DNA of 64,000 bases from Chloroflexota bacterium (lineage in GTDB: Bacteria; Chloroflexota; Limnocylindria; QHBO01). Below, one piece after another: positions 17,256 to 27,168 of this stretch. Position numbers and translations under genes: made by a program. The DNA lies in contig JACDEL010000004.1 in assembly GCA_013816405.1 (NCBI GenBank), positions 3,475-67,474 of the forward strand. Direction: 5' to 3'. Every line of letters starts with the position of its first letter. The first letter of the stretch is position 1. The notes beneath the pieces were generated by a model, which saw nothing but the letters and a program-made list of their open reading frames with translations, did not search any database and was not told the origin of the DNA.

Positions 17256-18035
17256 ATGGACGCACTCAGCCTGGCGGGCAAGGTGGCCGTTGTCACCGGC
17301 GGCACCTCCGGGATCGGGCGTGAGATCTGCCTGCGATTCGCGCGGGCCGGGGCGCAGGTGGTCGCGGCCGGGCGGCGGAACGATGCGGGCAAGTCGGTCG
17401 TTGCGGAGATCGAGGCGAGCGGGGGATCGGCGCGCTTCGTCGAGACAGATGTGACCGACCCTGGGCAGGTGGCCCGGTTGATCGGCTCGGCTGAGGAGGA
17501 CTACGGGCAGGTCAGCGTCCTGGTTTCGGCGGCAGGCGTCATGTTGATCGGCTCGGCTCCCGAAACATCGGTGGACGCGTGGCGGACGACGATCGAGACC
17601 GACCTGTCGGGTCCCTTCTACCTGGCGAAGTACGGCATTCCGGCGCTGCTGCGGGCGGGTGGCGGGACGATGGTCGTCGTCGCCTCGGAGCTCGGGCTGG
17701 TGGGAGCTCGGGAGGCGGCTGCGTACTGTGCCGCCAAGGGTGGGCTCGTGAACATGGTGCGAGCGCTGGCGGTCGACCACGCGCCGCAGGGCGTCCGGAT
17801 CAACTGCCTGTGCCCGGGACCCATCGATACCCCGTTGCTGCAGGGATGGTTTGCCGCTGGGGCGGATCCATCGGATCGGGAGCGCCAGCAGGTCGCGCCG
17901 GTGCCGCTGGGGCGGCTGGGCCGCGTGGAGGAGATCGCCGAGGCCGCGCTGTTCCTGGCCTCGGACGCGAGCTCGTACTTCGCCGGGTCGATCGTGGTGG
18001 CCGATGGGGGAGCGACCGCCTGGTACGGCCTCTAG
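17256..18035 (+). CDS. SDR-family oxidoreductase
   Basis: GKVAVVTGGTSGIGREI (TGxxxGIG), NAAG motif and catalytic YxxxK (YCAAKGG). Confidence 0.8.
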   Translation: MDALSLAGKVAVVTGGTSGIGREICLRFARAGAQVVAAGRRNDAGKSVVAEIEASGGSARFVETDVTDPGQVARLIGSAEEDYGQVSVLVSAAGVMLIGSAPETSVDAWRTTIETDLSGPFYLAKYGIPALLRAGGGTMVVVASELGLVGAREAAAYCAAKGGLVNMVRALAVDHAPQGVRINCLCPGPIDTPLLQGWFAAGADPSDRERQQVAPVPLGRLGRVEEIAEAALFLASDASSYFAGSIVVADGGATAWYGL

Positions 18036-18712
18036 GACTCGGCCTTCAGGTGGGGGATGAGGCGATCCATGGTCGGGAAGACGAGCGCGGCGCCCGCGGC
18101 GCGGAGCTGATCCGGGCTCATCGCTGAGCCGGCGGTGATGCCGATGGCCACCATGCCGGCGGCCTCCGCCGCGACCATGTCCCAGGTGGAGTCGCCGACC
18201 GCCCAGCATTCCGCGGAATGCACCTCGAGCGCGCCGGCGGCGGCCAGCAGCAGGTCGGGGTGAGGCTTCGCCAGCTTGACCCTGGTGCCATCGGCGATGA
18301 GCGGCGGTTCGTTGCGATGCAGGGCCGCGACCGATCTGCCGACCTGCTCGCGACGGCTTGACGTGGCAATCGCCCAGGGAAGCTTCCGCTCGTCCAGCGC
18401 GTCGAGGAAAGCGGTGACGCCGGGGAGGAGCTGGGGGTCGAGATTGAGCCTGGAGTAGATGGCGCCGGAGCGGGCGTCGATCCGTTCGGCGCCATCGTCG
18501 TCGAGCTGCGCGCCCGCCGTGTCAGACACGATCCGGGCCAGCTGGCGTCCGTCTGAGCCGATCAGCTCGGCGACGATTGATCGATCGGCAGGGATACCCT
18601 CTTCCTCGAAGGTTTGCAGCCAGGCGTCGATGCGCGTCTTGACCGTGTCCACCAGCGTGCCGTCGAGGTCGAGCACGACGCCCTTTGGCTCGGGAAAGTG
18701 CGCGGTCGTCAC
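18032..18712 (-). CDS. HAD-family hydrolase (HAD-IA phosphatase-like)
   Basis: VVLDLDGTLVDT motif I. ..WAIATSS.. and a terminal GDSTWDM..AGM motif IV. ATGA overlap with the LLM gene. Confidence 0.75.
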   Translation of the reverse strand: MTTAHFPEPKGVVLDLDGTLVDTVKTRIDAWLQTFEEEGIPADRSIVAELIGSDGRQLARIVSDTAGAQLDDDGAERIDARSGAIYSRLNLDPQLLPGVTAFLDALDERKLPWAIATSSRREQVGRSVAALHRNEPPLIADGTRVKLAKPHPDLLLAAAGALEVHSAECWAVGDSTWDMVAAEAAGMVAIGITAGSAMSPDQLRAAGAALVFPTMDRLIPHLKAES

Positions 18713-19593
18713 GAGAGATGGGCCCCGGCCGCGACCGCGTCGTCCCGGAAGCTGTCGAGGACGGCGAGGTCGGTTGCGGAGGCATGGATCTGCGCGATGA
18801 CGCGCGAGACGCCGAGTTCTCGATACGCGGCCAGGCGCCGAGTTCGTATCGGGCCCTCGTCGTCGATCACCGGTCCCCAGAGATGGACCGAGATCCGCAG
18901 GGAGTCGGGGTCACGGCCGATCTCGTCGCATCGGTCCCTGACGAGGGGGATTGCCCTGGCGACCTCCTCCGGGGTCAGGCCGTCGAGGTTCAGCTCATCG
19001 GCGTGGCGAGCGGCAAGCCGGAAGGTGACTGACGGTCCGTTGCCACCGACCACGATCGGGATGCGGGGCTTTTGAAGTCCCGCCGGCACGTTGATGGCAT
19101 CGGTGACCAGGCGGTGCTTGCCCGCGAACGTGGCGTGCGTCCCGGAGAACATCCGGGCGACGATCTCGAGCGTGTCGCCAAGGATGGCGAGCCGTTCCCG
19201 GGTCGGCGGGAAGTCGTAGCCGAACGCGAGGTACTCGTCTTCCTTCCACCCGGCCCCCAGCCCCAGCTCCATCCTGCCGTCGGTGACCACGTCCAGGGTG
19301 GAGGCCATCTTGGCCACCAGGGCTGGGTTTCGATACCCGGCTCCCAGCACGAGGTGACCCAGGCGGACTCGCTCCGTCCAGGCGCCCAGGGCGGCGAGCA
19401 GGGTGAAGGCCTCGAAGGTGATCTCGTCCTCGGGGGTCGGGTCGGTCTGGAAGTGGTCGTACAGCCAGATCGACTCGAAGCCGAGCTCCTCCGCGTGACG
19501 GGCCACTTCGATCGAGCGACGCCAGGCCGCCGAGGGGTCCCATCCGTCGTACTCGTGGTCGACACCCTGCGGGACGATGACGCCGAGCTTCAT
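18709..19593 (-). CDS. LLM-class (luciferase-like) F420-dependent oxidoreductase
   Basis: 294 aa from MKLGVIVPQ. ..LGFESIWLYDHF.. and ..MELGLGAGW.. are typical of TIGR03560-type LLM proteins. Confidence 0.7.
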   Translation of the reverse strand: MKLGVIVPQGVDHEYDGWDPSAAWRRSIEVARHAEELGFESIWLYDHFQTDPTPEDEITFEAFTLLAALGAWTERVRLGHLVLGAGYRNPALVAKMASTLDVVTDGRMELGLGAGWKEDEYLAFGYDFPPTRERLAILGDTLEIVARMFSGTHATFAGKHRLVTDAINVPAGLQKPRIPIVVGGNGPSVTFRLAARHADELNLDGLTPEEVARAIPLVRDRCDEIGRDPDSLRISVHLWGPVIDDEGPIRTRRLAAYRELGVSRVIAQIHASATDLAVLDSFRDDAVAAGAHLS

Positions 19594-19654
19594 GCGCCCG
19601 GTTGATACCACGCCGCGCGCCGAATGCCGAGCCCTGTGACCAGTTTCGTGACAA

Positions 19655-20449
19655 GTGTCTACTTGTTGTCCCAAGTATCCTCAGCCGATGCTGCGCGGTG
19701 AGGTACCAGCCACATTGCGCAACGATTTTTCGCCCTCCTCACTCCCGATTCACGAGGTGATTCAGCGCACGCTGCGGCGCCGAATCGAGGACGGCGAGCT
19801 CACCGAGGGACGCCAGCTGCCATCCGAGGCTGCCCTCCAGCGCGAGTTCCAGGCCAGCAGAACGCCAGTTCGGCAGGCGCTGCGCAGGCTGCAGACCGAC
19901 GGGCTCATCATCCGGGCGCAGGGGAAGGGCTCATTCGTCGCCTCCGCCAAGATCGGGGTCGCACTGCGACAGATGGTGAGCTTCGGCAATGAGCTTCGGC
20001 GGCAGGGCCACGCCGTCGAGGCGCGCACCCTGAGTGTCGAGTGGGCGCTCGCGCCGACGGAGGTGGCCCGCTCGCTGGGGCTCGCCGACGACCACGCGAC
20101 GCACCTTCGTCGCCTCCTGGTCGTGGATCAGGTCCCTCTCACGTTCTTCGAGCACTGGATCGCGCCCACCATCGCGCATTCCGTCTTCGAGGCCGCCGGT
20201 GACTTTCCCTCGCTCTACGAGCTGCTCACCCACCACGGGCGTGAGCCCTGGTACGGAACGGAGACGATCGGTGCCTCGGTCGCCAACGAGGAGATGGCGG
20301 AGCTCCTCGACTACCCGCAGGGCGGCCCGCTGGTCACCATGGTTCGCTTCACGCGCGACTTCGAGCGCCTGCCCATCGAGTACACGACCTACTCCGTGCG
20401 GGCCGATCGCTACGCCTACGAGATCAACCTGATGCGGCAGCGTCGGTGA
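19655..20449 (+). CDS. GntR/HutC-family transcriptional regulator (HTH + UTRA domain)
   Basis: ..LPSEAALQREFQASRTPVRQALRRLQTDGLIIRAQGKGSFVA.. is the GntR HTH. C-terminal UTRA-like domain. Start could be a later Met or GTG. Confidence 0.75.
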   Translation: MSTCCPKYPQPMLRGEVPATLRNDFSPSSLPIHEVIQRTLRRRIEDGELTEGRQLPSEAALQREFQASRTPVRQALRRLQTDGLIIRAQGKGSFVASAKIGVALRQMVSFGNELRRQGHAVEARTLSVEWALAPTEVARSLGLADDHATHLRRLLVVDQVPLTFFEHWIAPTIAHSVFEAAGDFPSLYELLTHHGREPWYGTETIGASVANEEMAELLDYPQGGPLVTMVRFTRDFERLPIEYTTYSVRADRYAYEINLMRQRR

Positions 20450-20453
20450 CCCG

Positions 20454-21581
20454 ATGAGCGACACGAACCTCGAGCTGCTGGCACAGGACCTCCGGCGCCA
20501 GAGGGACGTGCTCGCCGCGGGGATCTCGAGGTCGCGGGGTCGGGTGCGGGACCTTGCCGGGGAGATCGGCCGGCCGAGTCGCATCTACATCGTGGGCTGT
20601 GGTGACTCGCTGAACGTGGGCATGGCGGTCCGCTTCGAATGGGAGCGGGTGATGGGACTGCCCGTGCATGCCATCCCGGCGCTGACCTTCTCGCGCTTCG
20701 AGGCATCGAACCTCCCCGCCGATGCGCTGGTGATCGCGCTGTCGCAGTCAGGCACGGTGGTGCGCGTCATCGAGGCGGCACGCGCGAGCTTCTCGCGCGG
20801 TGTGGGGACGATCACCGCGTCAGCCTCCGGGACCAGCCCACTGGCCGCCGAGCCGGCCACCGCAACCCTCATCACCGACTTCCCGAAGCTCGGATTCGTG
20901 CCGGGCACGACCTCCTTCCCCTACCACCTGGCGGTCTTCTACGAGCTGGGGCTGGCGCTCGCCGAGCGATGGGGGACGGAGGCGGACACCGGCGCCGGAC
21001 GCGCGAACCTCGATCGGCTTCCGGACCTGGTGGAGGCATCCCTCGAGCCGATGTGGGCGACCGCCCGCGACCAGGCGGCAACGATCACACGCGACAGGCC
21101 GTTCCTGGTGCTCGGCACCGGGCCGAACTTCGCGAGCGTGCTGTTCGTGGCCCGCAAGCTCTTTGAGGTGCCGCAGGTCGCCGGCCTGGCCCAGGAGACC
21201 GAGGAGTACGCCCACGACGAGTACTCCGTGGTGACCCCCCAGGTGCCTTCCATGATCATCGCGCCGCACGACGCGGCGGCGAAGCGAAGCAGCGAGATCC
21301 TCGACTCGCTGCTGAACATCGGCTCACCCACGGCGGTGGTTGCCGAACGCGGACACGTGCCATCCAGGCCCGCCACGTGGACGTATGAGATGGAGCCCGG
21401 CCTGGACGAGCTGTACACCCCGCTCCTGGCCACGCTGCCCGGGCAGCTGCTGACCTACGAGCTGGGGCGTGCGATCGGCGGTTCCTTCTACGCCACTGAC
21501 GATCCGATCCATCGACGAGACGGCGACGACCTCATCTACCGCAGCGAGCTCGTCGCCACCAGCCCAGCAACGAAGGAGTAG
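20454..21581 (+). CDS. Two-domain SIS (sugar isomerase) protein, FrlB/AgaS/GlmS-C-like putative sugar-phosphate deglycase or isomerase
   Basis: ..RIYIVGCGDSLNVGMA..VIALSQSGTVVRVIEAA.. is the SIS signature twice. 4 bp downstream of the regulator gene. Confidence 0.7.
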   Translation: MSDTNLELLAQDLRRQRDVLAAGISRSRGRVRDLAGEIGRPSRIYIVGCGDSLNVGMAVRFEWERVMGLPVHAIPALTFSRFEASNLPADALVIALSQSGTVVRVIEAARASFSRGVGTITASASGTSPLAAEPATATLITDFPKLGFVPGTTSFPYHLAVFYELGLALAERWGTEADTGAGRANLDRLPDLVEASLEPMWATARDQAATITRDRPFLVLGTGPNFASVLFVARKLFEVPQVAGLAQETEEYAHDEYSVVTPQVPSMIIAPHDAAAKRSSEILDSLLNIGSPTAVVAERGHVPSRPATWTYEMEPGLDELYTPLLATLPGQLLTYELGRAIGGSFYATDDPIHRRDGDDLIYRSELVATSPATKE

Positions 21582-21583
21582 CA

Positions 21584-23107
21584 ATGGTCCGGTTCAGAGT
21601 CATCGTCGCCCTCGTCGTCGCGTCTGTCCTGGTGGCCGCCTGCGGAACCTCGCCGACATCGCCCGGCAGCTCCCCCGCGGGCTCCGAGGCCCCGCAGATC
21701 CCGGAGGCCCCGCAGCAATTCCAGGACCTCATCGCGGCGACCAAGCCGGCGGACAAGCAGTACGACGGCGTCGAGGTCAGCGTGGTGGTCGACTCGATCC
21801 AGAGCGGCTACCCATGGTTCTGGCTCGCGCCGGCGATCGAGAAGGCCTACAACATCAAGATCAAGGTCATCGCCACCCCATTCGAGACCTTCTACCAGGC
21901 GATCCAGAACGACATCGTGTCGGGGACCGGCGCCTACGACATCCTGAGCTACCCGCCCCGCTTCCTCGGCGACCTGGCGTCGGCCGGGAACATCCTCGAT
22001 CTCACGGACTACGCAGCGAAGTGGGACCCCGAGATGGGCGACGTCTATCCCGTCTACCAGCTCTACACCCAGTTCGACGACAAGCTCTTCGCCCTGCCGA
22101 TCGACGGCGATCGGCTCGAGCTCTACTACCGCAAGGACCTGTTTAGCAACGCCGATGAGCAGGCGGTCTTCGAGGCCCAGTACGGCTATCCGCTGGCCGC
22201 CCCCGAGACGTGGGACCAGTACCTCGACGTCGCCAAGTTCTTCAAGCGCGATGCCGGCGCGACACTGGCCGGCGAGACTCTCGCCGATCCGTTCTCGGGC
22301 ATCGCCGAGATCACCAAGCTGCCGGACAACTTCGACTGGTTCCTGAACCGCTTCGCCAGCCACGACGGCATCTACTTCGACGACCAGATGCACCCCCAGC
22401 TCGACACCGATGCCGGCCGGAGCGCGCTCCAAAACTTCGTGGACGCCGTGAAGTACGGCCCCTCGGACATCCTGAACTTCGAGTACGTCGAGTCCTTCGA
22501 TGCGTTCGTGCAGGGCCAGACGGCCATGTGCATCCAGTGGACCGACGTGGCCAAGATCGCCGAGGACCCGAACACCAGCAAGATCGTGGGCAAGACCGGC
22601 TACGCGCAGGTCCCCGGGGTTGAGCAGCCCGATGGCTCAATCGTCCATCGGTCGACGCTGGCCTACAACCGGGTCAACTCGATCAGCAAGCTGGCCAAGA
22701 ACCCGGAGGCGGCGTATCGGGTCATGCAGTTCATGAACCAGCCCGATGTCAGCCTGCTGTACGTGACCGAGCCGAGCGCCGGCATGGATCCGTACCGCAA
22801 GTCGCACTACGCAGATCCGACCAAGTGGGTCCAGCAGTGGCCAGAGCTGTCGGCCTACATCGACAACAACAAGCAGAGCCTCACCAACGGCTACCCCGAG
22901 CTCACGATGCCCGGTGCGAACCGCTACAACGAGGCGCTGGGAACCCACATCGCCCAGGCACTGGCCGGCCAGGAGTCGGTCTCAGAGGCGCTCAAGAACG
23001 CGACCACGGAGTGGGAGTCGATCACCGACGAGCTGGGTCGCGACGCACAGATCACCCACTGGCTTGCCCAGTTGAAGGGGTGGGAGGAGGTCGGGCTCAT
23101 CGACTGA
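21584..23107 (+). CDS. ABC transporter substrate-binding lipoprotein (family-1 extracellular solute-binding protein, sugar type)
   Basis: Signal peptide plus lipobox (VAACGTSP). 507 aa. Followed by two sugar-type permease genes. Confidence 0.8.
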   Translation: MVRFRVIVALVVASVLVAACGTSPTSPGSSPAGSEAPQIPEAPQQFQDLIAATKPADKQYDGVEVSVVVDSIQSGYPWFWLAPAIEKAYNIKIKVIATPFETFYQAIQNDIVSGTGAYDILSYPPRFLGDLASAGNILDLTDYAAKWDPEMGDVYPVYQLYTQFDDKLFALPIDGDRLELYYRKDLFSNADEQAVFEAQYGYPLAAPETWDQYLDVAKFFKRDAGATLAGETLADPFSGIAEITKLPDNFDWFLNRFASHDGIYFDDQMHPQLDTDAGRSALQNFVDAVKYGPSDILNFEYVESFDAFVQGQTAMCIQWTDVAKIAEDPNTSKIVGKTGYAQVPGVEQPDGSIVHRSTLAYNRVNSISKLAKNPEAAYRVMQFMNQPDVSLLYVTEPSAGMDPYRKSHYADPTKWVQQWPELSAYIDNNKQSLTNGYPELTMPGANRYNEALGTHIAQALAGQESVSEALKNATTEWESITDELGRDAQITHWLAQLKGWEEVGLID

Positions 23108-23120
23108 GCGCGCCCCTTCC

Positions 23121-24014
23121 ATGGAACGCGTGACCGGAGCGAGGACCATTGAGTCACGGCGCGTGCCGTGGCTCATGGTTCTGCCGGCCCTGCTGCTCGT
23201 CCTTGCCATCAACATCATTCCGCTGGTCTACAGCACGGTCCTCGCCTTCTTCCAGTGGAACCTGACCCAGGCCCAGGTCGCGCCCAGGTTCGTTGGCCTG
23301 GACAACTTCATCCGCCTCCTGACCCGGGACCCCCAATTCCTGACCGCGGCCGTCAACACGGCCATCCTGGTGGTGGCGACCGTCGTGATCCAGACGGTGC
23401 TTGGCGTGGCGGTCGCCCTCCTGCTCGACCAGAAGCTGAGGTTCACCGGCGTCGCCACGACCCTGCTCCTCGTCCCCCTGGCGCTCGCGCCGGCCGTGGT
23501 GGGCCTCCTGTTCAGCAGCCTCCTGAGCGGGAGCCTGGGTCCGATCAACTACTGGCTGGAGGCGATCGGCCTGCCGGCGCCATCGTGGCTCGGCGATGCC
23601 CATTGGGCGCTTCCGAGCATCGTCCTGGTGGACACGTGGCAGTGGACCCCGTTCATGATCCTGCTCACCCTGGCGGGGCTGCGATCGCTCTCGCAGGAGC
23701 CGGTCGAGGCGGCGCTGGTGGACGGCGCCAGCAGCTGGCAGCGCTTTCGGTACGTGAAGCTGCCGATGCTGCTGCCGGTCCTGACGGTGGCTGTGCTGCT
23801 GCGTGCCATCGACAGCTTCAAGACGTTCGACCTGGTCTTCCTGCTGACCTTTGGCGGGCCGGGCACCTCCTCGACCACCCTGAGCTTCTACGGCTACAAG
23901 GTCGGCCTGCAGGCCTTTGACATCGGCCGCGCGTCGGCCATCGCGTTCCTGATGGTGCAGGTCTTCATCGTGTTCGTGGTCATCTTCTACTCGCGGGCGA
24001 AGGACCAGCTGTGA
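23121..24014 (+). CDS. Sugar ABC transporter permease (MalF/UgpA type)
   Basis: 6 TM with the EAA loop (..ALVDGASSWQRFRYVKLPMLLP..). Confidence 0.85.
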   Translation: MERVTGARTIESRRVPWLMVLPALLLVLAINIIPLVYSTVLAFFQWNLTQAQVAPRFVGLDNFIRLLTRDPQFLTAAVNTAILVVATVVIQTVLGVAVALLLDQKLRFTGVATTLLLVPLALAPAVVGLLFSSLLSGSLGPINYWLEAIGLPAPSWLGDAHWALPSIVLVDTWQWTPFMILLTLAGLRSLSQEPVEAALVDGASSWQRFRYVKLPMLLPVLTVAVLLRAIDSFKTFDLVFLLTFGGPGTSSTTLSFYGYKVGLQAFDIGRASAIAFLMVQVFIVFVVIFYSRAKDQL

Positions 24015-24859
24015 GGCCGAATCCAGTCGTCCGCGCGCTCCAGTACATCGGCCTCTTCGTTGTCGTGGCCGTCTTCACCTTCCCCACCTTCTGGATGGTG
24101 CTTGGCGTCTTCAAGCGCAACGTCGAGCACAAGGCACGGCCTCCCGTGCTGTTTCCGCAGGATCCCTTCGGCGCGGCGGCGGACACGATCCGCTTCGCGT
24201 TCGAGAGCTCGCCGGTGCCGCTGGGCCACGTCTTCCTGAACAGCGTCGTGGTTGCCTCGGCGACCGCGATCGTCACGCTGGCGGTGGGCGTGACCGCCGC
24301 CTACTCCTTCGCCCGATTCCGAACCGGCGGAACGAGCCTGCCGTTCTTCATCCTCACGCTGCGCATGGCCCCGCCGATCGCCGTGGGCCTGCCGTTCTTC
24401 CTCGTCTTCCGGCAGCTGGGGCTGCTCGACAGCCAGCTCGGCCTGGTGGTCGCCTACACCACCTTCAACCTGCCGCTGGTGATCTGGCTGCTGCGCAGCT
24501 TCTTCCGTGAGCTCGATCCGTCCATGGAGGAGGCCGCCCTCGTGGACGGCGCCTCGCGCTGGCAGGCGCTCCGTTACATCGCCCTGCCGCTGGCCCTGCC
24601 GGCCATCGCCAGCACCGGGCTCCTCGCCTTCATCTTCAGCTGGAACGAGTTCTTCTTCGCGACGCTGCTCACGTCGAGCGAGGGACGGACGATTCCGGCT
24701 CTGCTGCCGCTCTTCCTGCCACGCTCGATCTCGGCGGGGCAGCCGCTGGGTGCCTCGTTCTTCATCGCCGCGATCAGCGCCGTGCCGATGATCATCCTGG
24801 TCCTGTTCCTGCAGCGCTACCTCATCAAGGGCCTCTCACTGGGGGCCGCCAAGGAGTGA
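24011..24859 (+). CDS. Sugar ABC transporter permease (MalG/UgpE type)
   Basis: EAALVDGASRWQALRYIALPLALPA is the EAA motif. 4-bp overlap with the previous gene. Confidence 0.85.
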   Translation: MRPNPVVRALQYIGLFVVVAVFTFPTFWMVLGVFKRNVEHKARPPVLFPQDPFGAAADTIRFAFESSPVPLGHVFLNSVVVASATAIVTLAVGVTAAYSFARFRTGGTSLPFFILTLRMAPPIAVGLPFFLVFRQLGLLDSQLGLVVAYTTFNLPLVIWLLRSFFRELDPSMEEAALVDGASRWQALRYIALPLALPAIASTGLLAFIFSWNEFFFATLLTSSEGRTIPALLPLFLPRSISAGQPLGASFFIAAISAVPMIILVLFLQRYLIKGLSLGAAKE

Positions 24860-24863
24860 AGAT

Positions 24864-26243
24864 TTGAAGGCTCCGTACGCTTTCTACCTGGCCGAGGATC
24901 CGGACAACACCATCCTCGACAGCGCCATCGCCTCGGTCCGCTTCGCCGCCAGGGTCTGCGACGACCCGGGCGACGGCACGCTGCGCTGCCAGAGCATGGA
25001 CGCCATCCCGGACGGCACCCTGGTCGCCTTCCGCGAGCGGATGATCGACGGGGTTGGCTACTGCACCGATTCGGTCTTCGCCGCGAACCAGCTCATCCGC
25101 CTTGGGCGCCTGCTCGACAGCCCGGGCATGATCCGCTTCGGCGAGCGGCTGGCGGAGCACGCCTTCAACGGGGGCTTCTTCGACGACGCGAAGCTGCCGG
25201 TTCGGCTGTACCTGGTCCTTGGCAGCAACCAGTTCCTGGACAATCTGGAGGGCCACCAGACATACATCGAGCCCGGCCATATGGCGCGTGTGGGGCACCA
25301 GCTGCTGATGCTCAGTGACGTCGTCAACGACGAGATGGCATCGCGGGCGCGGGAGGCGGGAGCGCGGATCGCGATGTGGGCGACGACCCTGGAGCGCTGT
25401 GCCAACGGCTGGTTCCCGCGCCGCTCGACGCCAGAAGGGCGTGCCTTTCCGAACGCGGCCGATGCCTTCGGCCCGGTCAGCCTGGGAGCGCCCCTGCCAC
25501 AGGACCCGATCCACGACCGCAGCGGGAGCGGGGTGCTGATCCTGCAGCTCCTGGTCGAGGCGCATGCGCGCGGGCTGGGGGACTTCAGCGCCGCCATCTC
25601 CGACACCATCGGCGCCTTCATCGAGGCCGGTGGCCACTTCGGGAGCACCAACAGCGACACCGAGGATTTGCAGGAGAACGTGACCTACGCGATGGCGTTC
25701 CAGGCCCTGCACGCCGCCGGCAAGCTGTTCGATCGCCAGGACTGGGTCGACTTCGCGTACACCGATTGCCTCGAGCCGCTGGTGCGCTTCGAGCTGGTCG
25801 AGGACCTCAACGGGCTCGCCACGAAGGGGCTGCTGTACATGGAGGACTCGTGGAACGCGGCCTGCACCTGGGAGATCGCCGAGGCCGCCCAGGCGTACCT
25901 GGTGGCCTTCGGAGACCGCGGCAGGCGGCCTGACCTGCACAAGGCGCTGACGATGCTGCGCGGCCTGGCCAAGCATCATCACGGGCCGCACGGCTTCCTG
26001 ACCGAGGCTGTCGACTGGGACGGCCACTCAGTCGTGACGCGCCACATGGACGGCCTGCGCTACTCGGACATCGTGACGACGCACCCGTTCCTGAATAACC
26101 TCCACGTCGTGGAGCCGACGGTCACCTTCCTCGAGCGGTTTGCGGTCCGCTCCGCCGTGGACGGTGTCGAGGCCTACTACGACCCGGAGGGCAACCGGCT
26201 GGGCCCCACTCGCCTGGAGGGAGCCGATTGGCTGCCGAGCTAG
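24864..26243 (+). CDS. Hypothetical 459-aa cytoplasmic protein inside the sugar operon (fold not confidently assigned; possibly an alpha/alpha-barrel glycosidase or epimerase-like enzyme)
   Basis: TTG start 7 nt after AAGGAG. No recognisable catalytic motif. Sits between the permease and kinase genes and is co-directional with them. Confidence 0.5.
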   Translation: MKAPYAFYLAEDPDNTILDSAIASVRFAARVCDDPGDGTLRCQSMDAIPDGTLVAFRERMIDGVGYCTDSVFAANQLIRLGRLLDSPGMIRFGERLAEHAFNGGFFDDAKLPVRLYLVLGSNQFLDNLEGHQTYIEPGHMARVGHQLLMLSDVVNDEMASRAREAGARIAMWATTLERCANGWFPRRSTPEGRAFPNAADAFGPVSLGAPLPQDPIHDRSGSGVLILQLLVEAHARGLGDFSAAISDTIGAFIEAGGHFGSTNSDTEDLQENVTYAMAFQALHAAGKLFDRQDWVDFAYTDCLEPLVRFELVEDLNGLATKGLLYMEDSWNAACTWEIAEAAQAYLVAFGDRGRRPDLHKALTMLRGLAKHHHGPHGFLTEAVDWDGHSVVTRHMDGLRYSDIVTTHPFLNNLHVVEPTVTFLERFAVRSAVDGVEAYYDPEGNRLGPTRLEGADWLPS

Positions 26244-27160
26244 TGGCCTTCGGCGACATCAGCATGGATGTCGCCGTGGAGATCCCCCGGCTTCCCGGGC
26301 CCGATGAGAAGCTGTGGGTCGAGATCGTCGGTGAGTACCCCGGCGGCATGGGGGCCAACGCGGCAGCCGCCTTCGCGGCACTGGGCGGCCGGGCCGCACT
26401 GGTGGCATCGGTCGGCGATGACGAGCGGGGGACGAGGGCGCTGGCGGAGCTGACCGAGCGGGGCGTGGACCTGGCGGGCGTTGCGCACCTCGACGCGGCG
26501 ACCTTCTGGACGCTGGCCCTGCTTGCGGAACGCGGCGAGAAGAGCCTGCTCCAATTCGCCACGCCGGCGTTGCGGGTGCCGTGGGCATCGGTCGACTGGT
26601 CCATCCTCGACGGTGCCATGTTCGCGCACACCATCGCCGACGAGGGCGACGGCAACCTGCGTCTCATCGCCGAGGCACGGCAGCGGGGGGTCATGGTCTC
26701 GGTGGACATCGAACCGGTCACGCTGGAAGCGGAGATGCGCGATCAGCTGCTACGGGGTGCGCAGGTCGTCTTCACCACCCCCGCCGCGCTGCAGTCGCTC
26801 GGTGCACCACGCGGGCCAGAGGTCGGAGCGGCCTGGCTGATCGAGCGTGGGCCGCGGATCGTCGTCGTCACGCTCGGCCACGACGGGTGCTTCGTTGCTA
26901 CCTCCTCCGCGGAGGCCGCCCAAATCGCCGGCATTGATGTCGAGGCGCGCGACACGACCGGCGCGGGGGATTGCTTCGCGGGCGCATTTCTCTGGGCACT
27001 GAGCCGGCGACGCAGCGCGCTGGAGGCGGGCCGCCTCGCCAACAGCATGGCGGCCCTGAGCACGAGCGCGCTCGGATCGCGAGGCAACCTGGTGGGGCTG
27101 GCCGAGCTTGCGGGTCGCCAGGAGCTGGCCGGGCTGGGCGTGGAGGGCTGGGGAGGGTGA
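26228..27160 (+). CDS. PfkB-family carbohydrate kinase (ribokinase/fructoselysine-kinase-like)
   Basis: C-terminal DTTGAGDCFAGAFLWAL is the PfkB signature 2. ..GGMGANAAAA.. is the N-terminal GG motif. Confidence 0.8.
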   Translation: MAAELVAFGDISMDVAVEIPRLPGPDEKLWVEIVGEYPGGMGANAAAAFAALGGRAALVASVGDDERGTRALAELTERGVDLAGVAHLDAATFWTLALLAERGEKSLLQFATPALRVPWASVDWSILDGAMFAHTIADEGDGNLRLIAEARQRGVMVSVDIEPVTLEAEMRDQLLRGAQVVFTTPAALQSLGAPRGPEVGAAWLIERGPRIVVVTLGHDGCFVATSSAEAAQIAGIDVEARDTTGAGDCFAGAFLWALSRRRSALEAGRLANSMAALSTSALGSRGNLVGLAELAGRQELAGLGVEGWGG

Positions 27161-27168
27161 ACGACTTG

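Noticed and set aside
17217-18209. 330-aa minus-strand ORF
   Set aside because: Antisense shadow of the SDR gene. Translation is Arg/His/Pro-rich.
21536-22432. 298-aa minus-strand ORF
   Set aside because: Antisense shadow of the substrate-binding protein gene.
24864-26243. Assigning the 459-aa operon ORF to the AGE/N-acylglucosamine-2-epimerase family
   Set aside because: Only loose compositional resemblance. No diagnostic motif could be verified by eye, so left as unknown.
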